Below, piece after piece: positions 1 to 12,300 of a stretch of 64,000 nt of DNA. The translations under genes were made by a program, and so were the position numbers. The notes under the pieces were generated by a model, which had not been told where the DNA came from, ran no database searches, and saw nothing but the letters and a program-made list of their open reading frames with translations. How positions within the stretch are numbered: the stretch's first letter is position 1; each line of letters starts with the position of its first letter. This stretch comes from Antedon mediterranea (lineage: Eukaryota > Animalia > Echinodermata), in NCBI RefSeq assembly GCF_964355755.1, contig NC_092670.1, positions 21,128,795-21,192,794 of the forward strand, read 5' to 3'.

Positions 1-306
1 AATGTGTGAAAGGAGATCAAAATAACTAAAAATTACTTTAAGCATTGACCACCTGAACAGTAGGTCTCATTTTGTAACTAAAAGAAAAACAGTTGGAATA
101 GGAATTTGTTTTCGTTTTATCATCAATGTACAACTTAAGAACAATCAAAATATCATATTGTACCCCTACTAAAACTTATATCTAAATTGTCAAAACACTA
201 AAATTGACTATCACTACTATTTCTATTGATGTTTCTTCGTTCAAACCTCATAAATTCAATGATAACAGAGCGTCATTTGTGCATGCCTATATCACTATGC
301 ACTTAC

Positions 307-3300
307 CCTGCTCTGAACGGCGGTAAACCTGCAGACATTTGGTAAATAATTGCTCCCAGCGCCCATAAGTCAGAGCTAAAATATTACAAGAATAAAAGTT
401 TAATCAAATTTAGTGGCAAGCAGACGGCATCAACAAAAGGTTAAAGATCACCATATTTGTTTGTTTTTATTTTATTCAGCCAAAATCAACAGCGATAATT
501 ACCGCCACTAACAGGTTTGAAACAAACAAAGCCAGGACTGCTTAAAGCACCTTGACTGGTCAAAACATTGATCAAGGGCTTCTCTCGTCCAGTGCCCACC
601 TTGACCAGAGGAAAGGCATGTGCCAATACCTCTGAGGAAGATACTAGATGCAGGGGCTGCCATAAGAGTCAGCAATGCTGATTTCAAATGCTTAACGGGA
701 CCCCAGCTCCATATACAGCACCCGAAATTCCCAGATGATCTCCCACCTAAGCTCTAACCAGGTCCAACGTTGCTTAACTTTGGTGATCTGACGAGAACCG
801 TGTTTCAACGTTGTAAAGCTGTATATGCATTGTTACTTACCATTTACTTGCAGACTTCTCTACTCTCTCCGTCCTATTTGTTGTAAGAAGTTCCGGTGAT
901 ACATACTGTGCTGTTCCAACGAATGAATTTGCACGTACAATTCCTTAAAAAAAAGTCATTAAATATTATTAAATGAATAATTGTGATTTAGCAAATTTAT
1001 TTCTGAGAACCTCTGATGTGGTTGAATCTAGCCTTAGATTTCAGTAGCCAGTGGCGTAGCAGCTTTGAGCGCTTACTGGCTAAACCTAGGGCCCAGAGCT
1101 CAATGGGCCTCAGAGCATAAACAGTTTAATGCAACTACTCAGTGTTGGAGGGCCCGTTGGGAGTGCTTTTGCCCTGTGTGTTACGCCACTCTCTGTAGCG
1201 ACATCCCTTGTCTAAGAATTGTTCTGAACCGCAACATTTTCCCTCCATCATGTTTCATATCTTACCATCTGTGCTATCAGCCTCTAGAATTTTTGCTGAA
1301 CCAAAATCGGTAATTTGAATATGCCATTCTTCATTTAGTAAAATATTTTCTGGTTTTAAATCCCTAAAAAAAATCATGAAGCAATATTAATATTTATACA
1401 GAAAGCAAAAGAATGTATAGAAATTAAGGTTGCATGACACTGTACGTCTTGTAATGTAGAATGCATTAAAACAAACAGTATTTCTGCAGTAACTGCAGTA
1501 AAATACATTTTAGACATACCTATGAATTATTCCCAAGCTGTGCATATGTTCAAGTGCTAGTACAATTTCGGCCGCGTAAAACCTTGTTGTGATCTCGTCA
1601 AATGAGCCAACTTTATGTATGTACGGTAATAACTCTCCACGCTTTGCTAAACTTAAACCAAAATCTGTTAATCAGAAGTTAAGAAATATTCAACAAACAT
1701 GATGGCCTTATCTGCAACAAAATGAAGCTCGGTAAAATGCGGGTTGAATTCAAATTGTAATAATGACAAGATTATTTACTCATAATAATATTAATCATAT
1801 AATTTTTTTTCCCAACATTTTTACATTGGTGATATTTTCATCTTTATAGTTAAGGATACATAGCCTCTCTTTGTCTTGAAATGTGAAGTAAAGCTTAACA
1901 AAGAACGGATGATTCAAACGGGCCAGGACGTCACGTTCCCGCATAACATATTTCTGTTTGTTTTCTCGGATCATTTGCCGCTTCGTTAATATTTTAACTG
2001 AAAACATAAAAATAAGAATGTCAATATAAATAGTATTATGCTGCACCATACTGCAGTATTTAGATAATTTGGTAATGTGGTAAGCAGGCAACTTCAGTAA
2101 ATTTCAAGAAGTTAATGTTTAATTTTTTATTATCGTTTCAGGAACTTATGTTGTTTATATTATCCACACCTGCAGCTATCATCAATATAAATAATATACT
2201 AACTTATAATTACTGCAACAAGTAGAGTACATGAATAAACTATATGTGTATCAAAGGTGATAAAGTAAGTTGTTTGTGAAGTAAATGTCTAGCTAATTCC
2301 CAGGGTTTGTTGTTGATAATAATCACCACTCCCTCATAACATAACTTCAGAGCAATATGAGCTTATAAGGCCTGCTACATTCATCATTCTATATGCGTCA
2401 CCATGTCATGTTACTTGTGAAACTCAAAACAAAATACTTAGTATTTATCTGTCAAGATGGTATAGTTTAAGACATTGCATCATTTCCATGACAACAGCAT
2501 GTTTTGAATATATCACTTATTTTACTCAACAAGTAAACAAGTAATAATAATAATAATCACTTTTTTTTATTTTCCTATTTCAATTTGTTTTGTCTGGTAT
2601 CACAGTACTATTAATTGTTTACAATTCTTTAGGCTAGTTACAATTGGCAAATTGAAAGTCCAAACTACAAAAATGACATGCTTAATGTTAAATAACGTAT
2701 AGGCACTGATGTTGTGTTTTGTTGAATGTGTTGGCCTAGTGGTATGTGGTGGGAGCTATAATACTAGGTCTCATATTGTAACTAAAAGAAAAACAGTTGG
2801 TCCAGACATAGCCTGGACTCGTGCTCAATATGAATTTATTTCCGTTTTATCATCAATGTCCAACTTAAGAACATTCAAAATATCATAATATACCCCTAAA
2901 ATGGTAAAATTATTTAACCCTAGCAGGGTTGTGTCTCCTAGACAATGCTCCGTCTGGGGTGTAACCTCTCGACCTAACTTGCCATTGATTATAAAGCAAA
3001 CAACACACTTTCAATTTAAAATTCTGTCTACACTATCGAAAAAAATTTGAAAAAAAAAACATGATATGCCCAAATATGGTAGTGATATACCCAAATATGG
3101 TAGTGATATGACATCACTGTGTACATATATGGGCATATCACATTTTTTTTGTCTCATAGAGTTTGATTGTGTAGACAAGGCTAATGGTTGTTTTTCATGT
3201 CAACAATGACTTTTATGATTGCCAGCATGCACGTAGCAGAAAACAATGCAGTGCATTCAATATCAAAATAACATACTTTAGAAAAATAATGATAAATGTA

Positions 3301-6300
3301 TCAATGTGCATGTGACGCAGGTAAATCCATCAACTTATTATTAAACTGTTGTTTGCTCAGTAAATACGGGAATTATCCATATAAATCCAATTTATTATTG
3401 ATGGTTCACACATGAAAATAAATTAATGACTTAAAGAAACATGATATTCTTGTTTACAGAGTTTGTGATATATTGTATCATTATTTAAATCGTTTTACAA
3501 TACATAATATAAAGTTGCCAGTAACTGATTCGTGGAACTAAAATTTGATAAATAAATGCAAGGAATACATAACAGGACACATTAATGTTCAAAATAATCA
3601 AAGAAACATATTTTTGAAATAAGGCAGTTTCACATTGGTATTTGTTAAAGATGTTTATTATAATAATACGTCGTCCAATTACATTAGAGAGCACTAAAAT
3701 GTTGTTCATATTAACTGACTACAGGAAATGTCCAGATAGATCAATCCAATTAGTATAGATGGTTCACACGTGTACAGTAATACTATATTAATGATCATGA
3801 AACAGCACAAGAACACACACAGCGAATAGGATGTCTGAAAATTTGGAATATCCAAGTTTTCTATCATTCCCTATCAATCCATAACAATCTAAAAACTGAG
3901 ATTTCAAGCTCTGTCTACAGTACACTATCAAACTAGTTTGACAGAAAAAGGTGTGATGTGCCCAAATATGGTTATTGGTAGTGATATGCTCAAATATGGT
4001 AGTGATATGACATCATCATGTCCATATATGGGCACATCACATTTTTTTGTCACATAAAGTTGATATTCTAGGTTATGATGTAGAAAACTCAGATATATAT
4101 CTGACACTCAGATGAGTTTTCTACATCTTGGTTTTTTAGATGCTTCAGAAAATCAACTTCATCTCCATTGGAAGGATATTCCTACCATTTCCAGGACTGA
4201 GAAAATATTAAACAGTTCGTGTCTTGGTGAGGATGTTTTTCTTGTCTTACGGATATTCACAAATTTCCCATTTAACAATATTCAATATTTATTTCATCGT
4301 TTATTTCCAAGTGGTTTGGGTTTTTCTTTCCAATATTTTTTTCTTTTAATTTCTATGAATTATTCAACATATTGTGCTTATGTGCTATTTGTTTACAAAG
4401 ATATTCAGTCTCTTGAGATTCTATTGATGAAAAACAACTCACTCAAGCCATGTTCTAATCATAAATGCTTCAAATAAATTGCTACTCAAATTAATTACTA
4501 ACCGGCCGACTAGTCAATTCTTTTAACGATCTTGAATGCCAACCGTCATGACCCACACGGTATGTTTAACAGACTGGAAGACACTTGTCTAATGATTCGG
4601 AAACAAACTCATCACTCTGTCTGATCTCATCATGTTGTAAATAAGGATGTTGTTTTTGACAAATAGGCCAAGCACAGATCCATTGGAACATGATGTACTA
4701 TTACAAACTGTACTAGACGGACCACTGGGCTACTAAAACTTTTTTTGTTAAACTTCCTAGCCTACATTGTGTTGACATACTGCACACATTGTAATGTTAA
4801 TACATTTTCCTGGTATAGTGGGCTACTGTAGTAATTCTTCAATTTTGTGCATACAGTACTACATTAGGTCATAAATAAAGGAAAGCTGAATTTGGAGACC
4901 AATAACCTTCCTCATTGACTTGAATATTATAATTACTGCAAGATTACAGTCAGGCTGGGTATACAGACTACAAAGTGGGATCTCCTTAATAGGGACGTCC
5001 CCTGAATAGAGGTCTCCCGGATGAGGGCTTCTATTACCGATGTGCACCTAGAACACCTCCAGAAAGATTTTGAACGCATTGAGTCGGATGCCTCTCATCC
5101 TCTCCACAAAGTGATCATACTTAATCCAAGTGGTAGATTGAGGCTCCTCAGTGTGAAAACAAATCGATATGCCAAATCCTTTATTCCCTCCGGTATCATC
5201 CAGTACAACAGGAAGTCAAGAAGATAATTTTATCTTGTATTTTTTTTAGATGTTTTTATATGAATGGTTTTATGCTATATTTGTTTTTTATTGTGTTTTC
5301 TTTGTTATTATGACGAGCAATGAATTTCCTTTTTGAGGATCAATAAAAGTTATCTTATCTTTTCTTATCTTATCTTCTACTGTAGTCATACTAGGTTGTT
5401 GGCATAATCTAGTCAGATCTCAGATTATTGGTCCTTACAGAAATTCCTATCATGCTTTTCTTACTCACACAATAAAATTGTTTTCGTCAAACTACATCTG
5501 TCACAATAAAAGTAATTTCTATTATTATTATTAATTTCTTCTAAGAAGAGCCATAAATCTGTTTACTATACATGGAAGCCGTTTCCATGACAATCAATTT
5601 TAATGTTTCTTTCAAAAACTGAATTCCATACAGCAATAAAAAACAAACAACCGAGCCAACGATTCTTTACTTTTCTCTCATTTCAAAAGCAATAAATCTG
5701 TTTTTTAAAAAAACACTTTATATCTTTCAAAGCATTTCTATGGAATAACCGATTTGTACTGGTTCCTTCATAGTCTCAATATAGCTACGATAAAAACAAC
5801 CAGTAAACACAGATTGGTGCGCTCTCAAATTTGATAAACAACATATCCACTTACGTCATGGAGACGCACAAACATCTGCTTGTGTTATTAAAGTATATTA
5901 TTAATTCAATTCAATATTTTTATTTCAGAGACAATACATCCAGTGTAAACAGAATTTAAATAAACAGCTTTGTATCACTACAAAAATATGAATATGAAAT
6001 CAACCTTTTTTCAAGGCTTTAAATTCTATTTACTAGTATTACATTTGTCATAATTGCTAGTTGAAAATGTCAAACCTACAGTAGTTGTTTGTTTGTTGGT
6101 TGTGATTTTTTTTAAACAGTTTCATTTTTGTGTAGCAAAAGCATTTGAGGTATAATCTACCAATCGCTGTAAATATTTGTAACTTAATGTGCTTATGTGT
6201 TTGATTTTGTATCAATTGTTTGCTTGTGGATAAAAATAATTTAAAAAATCTTATAATTTTAAAATAGTTCTATTTACGACTGTTTATGAAGTATTTTACA

Positions 6301-9300
6301 ATGTTGAAAATACACAAGAAATGGAATGGTTCCCACTTGAGGGTGCAATTCTAGGATTATGGTTGCTTAATGTTGTCAGTTTATCTACCGTATATTTCGG
6401 TGTATAAGTCGCACTTTTGACACGCAAATTTGCCCTCTAAATTAAGGGTGCGTCTTATACACCGAACATAAATGCCTCACCACACAGATTGTACATATCG
6501 TCACCTCGTTTGCTAGGCCTGAGTAGGCTAGGCCTAGCTACAGTATACTAACGTAACGGCAACCTGCTTCTGCCTAGTTTTCAAGGCATTTTAGCATCAT
6601 GTTATACTAAATATGATGAAAAGATTTGTTTATTATGGAGCTGCTGTTTTAGGCGCCCCGATAAAATTTCATTTGTAAACGTTTACGATTGGAATAGCCT
6701 AGGCTAGTATTTATTTATAGTTATACGCACGATCGCCGACCGCCGTACCCCCAGCGCAAGCCCTTCCTGGGCGGCCACATGGTGTACGGTATTCGACTAG
6801 TATATTCTCCAGGTGATTGTAGCATGGACCTAGCGTACACACTTTTCGGATACATAGATACTAATCGAATACGATTGTCCGTGAAAACGTGCACCCTCTC
6901 GAAATGATCGATCGAGACTAGCCCACACACACGTACGTGTTACACACACGGTCATGCACTCGATGTTGCGGGTGCGAAACTCATGAATAAAAAGCTAGAA
7001 AGAACTTGTTGAGGCTGGGCGCGGCCGAGCCTAGGTAAGAAAAAACCTAAATAAAGGACGCCATTGTAGATATAACAAAATTATTATTACAATAATATTG
7101 ATTACAATTTTTTTTTTAATTGTTTTTATGAAATATAAAGGTGCGTCTTATACATCGACGATATAAAAAATACCGATATTTTACTCTCAGAGGGGGTGCG
7201 TCTTATACACAGGTGCGACTTATACACCGAAATATACGGTAGGTAAGCTACACCTAGATTTTCAGATACAGTTTGTATATTTATTTATTAGTGAAAGTAA
7301 AAGTGATAATATTTTGCAATGTCTTCTTATTATTAAATCACTATGGGATAAACATTACACCATGTTGATAACATTGATACACAAAGAAAAATGTTTGTTA
7401 TTAATATCATAAATAATGATCACCTACTTGCATACTCTTTTCTTGTTGTTTTCTCAATTGCTTGAACAACCTGTATATAAAATACATAAAACAATATTTT
7501 TGATTAACAAATATTAATCAGATGAATGTAAGAAATCAATAAGTAGATGTTTGTTTCATTTATCAGACAGAATTATTAATTAAAAATGTTCTTCAATTGA
7601 TTTGGTATCTGACAATGAGGCCCTTGGAGAATACCATATTACAAATAGCCACTCTAACTTTACACTATTAAGTCCAAACCATACAATTAAGCCTCTACTT
7701 AATTAAAGGGGAAATAAATAAATTAAAATTCAAAAGCTTACAAAATAATTGACTTGATTGGCATTATTCTGTTATGTTGATTAGTTATAATACAGTACAA
7801 CACCTCCTTTGAAACACCTCTATTTAAAAGGATATCCCAATAAAGGGGACACCTCTATTAAGAGACACCTCTATTAAGGAGACACCTATATTAAGGGATA
7901 CCTCTATTAAGAGACACCCCTATTAAGGGGACACCTCTATTAAGGAGACACCTATATTAAGGAGACACCTCTATTAAGGGGACACCTCTATTAAGGGGAC
8001 ACCTCTATTAAGGGATACCTATATTAAGGGATACCTATATTAAGGGATACCTCTATTAAGGGGACACCTCTATTAAGAGACACCTATAGTATATTAAGGG
8101 ATACCTCTATTAAGAGACACCTATATTAAGGAATACCTCTATTAAGGGGACACCTCTATTAAGGGGACACCTCTATTAAGGGGACACCTCTATTAAGGGG
8201 ACACCTCTATTAAGGGGACACCTATATTAAAGGGACTCCTATATTAAAGGGACTCCTATATTAAATGGACACCCCTATTTAAGGGACACATCAATTAAGG
8301 GGAACCTCTATTAAGGGGACATCTCTATTAAGGGGACAGTGATATTAAGAACAAGGATATATAATATCCCTGTGAAAAGAACGAAGAGCAATAGAGTATA
8401 CAGTATATGTTTAATAATTCAAGGGACACTTGTTTTAAAGGGAACACTTTATTGGATTCTAAAGGTGTTCCCTTGAATAGGGGTTACTATTATTACTATT
8501 TAAAAACAAAGAGCAATTATGCAACATCAACAATAGCCAATTTTATAAAAACATACAAATATGGTAGTAGAATAATAAAAATTTTAAAAAAGGAGAATAC
8601 ATATAAACCGTGAGTGGCCCTTTAAGTAATAATGCTACAAGAAAACCCTGTCTAAATGCAATGCAAATCTGTCTAAATTCACAGCAGATCTTGCATACAG
8701 TTGAGGAATATCAAATTTTCTAAAAAGGTTTACAAGCTCAATTTCGATTTCATTAACATTGGAAACACAAGCCGAATCAATAATATCGTCTCTTACGATT
8801 CCAATAACATAAATCATCGGTAAATCCGCAATACATCTTGTTTACATTCTGTAATAGTTATTGTGATGAGGCCGATTACGACAGGATTTTATTTTCATCT
8901 TTATGGGTTCTCAACGATAATGGTATTTCACGGGTAATTAGACAAGCGTAGAGAATATTGCGACGAAGATGAACCATGGCTTTCTATGCTAAAATACATC
9001 AATACTATACATAACATTTTAACATTTTAATGCATAGATTATTGCACGAGTGCTAGGTTTTTTTTAAAAATTTCTTTGAACATCATTACTTTAAATATTT
9101 TTATATTGAAATTATCATTAATTCAATTCAATATTTTTATTTCATATAATTATAAGTACTTCCATGGTTATTGTTGGAGTATTATAGTTATACCATAATT
9201 TTCTTACTGTCACCAGAATATGGGCTTTAGAGAAATAATGTTGGTATGGTGTATTATCTAGGCTACATACAGCAACTCACCTCTGAATAAGAACCTTCAC

Positions 9301-12300
9301 CAAGTATTTTTCCAAATTCAAAATCTGAACGCTGCTTCTTCTGTGCTTGAATCACCTGCTGTGGTACCTCTGTTTGGGGCGTTTCTTTTCCTTGATTATT
9401 TGACTTTTGATTATTGCTTTTATTTCCCCCACCCTAAAAAATAAAACAAAATTATTTTTAAATATAAATATTACACTTGTAAACAACTGAACTAACCACA
9501 AATTACAATAATAAAGTAAAACTTTACAAGATTGTATACTCTTTGGTTTGACCACAATATATAGTTTCTGGGAAAAATATTTTTCCATTTTCAAACTCAA
9601 AGAATCACTAGGAAACGTGTCTGGTTTCATGGGAAATATACTTTTCAGAAGACGAATTCAAAGAATAGGTAGGAAATACAATACAATGCCGTTTTGGTCA
9701 ACCGATTGGCACTTATTAAATTCAATATTCATAATACAATTACATACATGCCAACATCTGAAGTTCAAGAAACGGGAGGTGGTGTTTTATTTTAGGTCAA
9801 CAGCGCCCTCCTGCCCTACACAGGAAGAGAGGTAAGCAATGCAGTGTGTGACCTGACAAGCGGTATCATGTCGTATTTGTTTGTGTGTGAGTTTTGTTAT
9901 ATTAATGTAGAAAATAAACACATATACAAAATTCAGTTATCTTTGTAATCCGGGAGAAAATGTGAAAAACCAGGAGCATATCAAAGGCCTGGAGTCTAAA
10001 CTACAGGAGTCTCTCAGCCAAAACAGGAGAATCATTTAAATTTGCATAATTACAGGTACCATAATCAGTTTTAAAATGTGAAATAAATGTGACGAGATTC
10101 TAGTTATCACTCAAATGAAAAACTGTAATTGGCGCAAATAAAAATGACATACTTTTAGAGTTTCACAATTAGGCTAATTAAATGCTCATTTAAAAATATG
10201 GGATACATTTTTTTATACAAGATTTTAAACAGTGCTGAAGTATGGATGACAAACATTTCTATTTTTAATAAGCTGAATCAATTAATCTTATAAACTAAAT
10301 GAAATTAATCGAAGAAAAGTACAGAACATAAGTAATACTACAGTAATAATGTGAATATGAAATACAGTATACTGTACTCATTCAGAACAAAAATAGATCT
10401 CCAGAAACATTCTTAAGTTTGGAAGCCAAAAGTAAGATGCGTATTATTAACTATGGTTTAATACACTATTAGCATGGAGCTTTATAGCTCCATGGTATTA
10501 CCATGTAGTACCCAGAGAACACATACATTGCAACATACAAGTCAATATCACCGGCTACCTAGTACAGTAATATTCATCTGTTCTACACTGGTATAATAAT
10601 AATAATAATATGTAAACTTGTATTATTACCTTGAGCTTTTTGAAGACGATAGTAAGCAGGTTTGGCATTTTGGAGCCAGGGAATACCAATGATTATAACT
10701 CAAATCCACTTAAGGAAACTGTCAAGTCCAAATTAACACCAAAATACTACTTGAAATAAAACCAATCCACAATGTTCATAGTGGAGTAAACAAGTTGATT
10801 CCATTTACAAAAGGGGTGGTAGATACCATACCAGAAAAAAAGTCACAGATGAAATAACACACTAATCCACTGCATTGATCCAAAATTTAACTATAGTACT
10901 GCAGTGTACATATATGAAAAATAAATGATACTATAATATAATTATATTAATATTTTATACTGTTTTTATTTACTGTATTCATTTTTTTTATTTAGATTCA
11001 GCTGTAAAAAAAATATATTTCAACCTCTATAGGAGCTGATTATGAATAAAGTTTGAAGAAATCTCTATATTTACTTATCATAGGATTATTTTAAACAATT
11101 ATTTTGTGTTTTATCACTATTTATGTACTTTGTGTCACATCGGAATCGTTTCAACAAATACGGCTATACATTGTTACAGTGAATAACACACTGATTATCA
11201 ATGCAATACTTAATTTTATACCTATGCAATAATGGTACAATCCAATAAGGTATTTTTGTTTTTAACTAGAATACATCCTTGCTCAGCACAACCATCAAGG
11301 TAAGGTTATGAATGTTATAGGACATAGTACAGTAGATTAAACAATAATAATAATCCATATTTGATTGGCTCAAATATATTTTTGTCCTAAAAAAAAGAAA
11401 TAAAAATATCTACAGTATTTCTACAACAAATATTTATATAAAGGTGGACAAAAATAGATAAAGAAAATATTTACTTTTGATTAGGGACACAAATTTGGTC
11501 TATAAATAAAAACCACTATAATATAGTGTTGTATTTTAAGAAATCAATCAATGTCATAGCATAAACACAATACTAATTTATTTCAGTAAAAAAAGGAAAA
11601 TTGTTTTAATTCATTACCATTTCAAATTATGAAAGTAATACTATAGTGCTGTATTTTAAGTAGTCAGTAATCAATGTCATAGCATAAACAGTACAATTAC
11701 GAATATATTTCAGTAAAAAAAAATTAAAAGGACAACTTTTTTAATTCATTACAATTTCAAATTATCATTTTTTTAAATACATTAAGACGGCAAACAAACA
11801 CTAACAATTAGGCCATTATTACGAGAACTGAGCCAGCAAATTAGATTATCATTGTTTACAATAGCTTAAACCATGAAATACAAACATTCATTTCAATTCA
11901 ACAACACTTCTAATACTGTGTATTTGTTAGCCAATTAAGTTGCAGATTACGTTAACTGCATTAGGCTTTCTTAACTGCATGCGATTACGTTAACTGCATG
12001 TGCTTTCTTAACTGTATGTATGTGTTTTAACTGCATGTGATTACATAACTGCATGCCCTTTAACTGTGTGTGATTATGTTAACTGCATAGGCTTTCTTAA
12101 CTGCATGCGATTACGTTAACTGCATGTGCTTTCTTAACTGTATGTGTTTTAACTGCATGCAACTACATAACTGCATGCACTTTAACTGTGTGTGATTATG
12201 TTAACTGCATGTGCTTTAACTACATGTGATTACATTAACTGCATGTACTTTCTTAACTGTATGTGATTATGTTAACTGCATGTGCTTTATTAACTGTATG

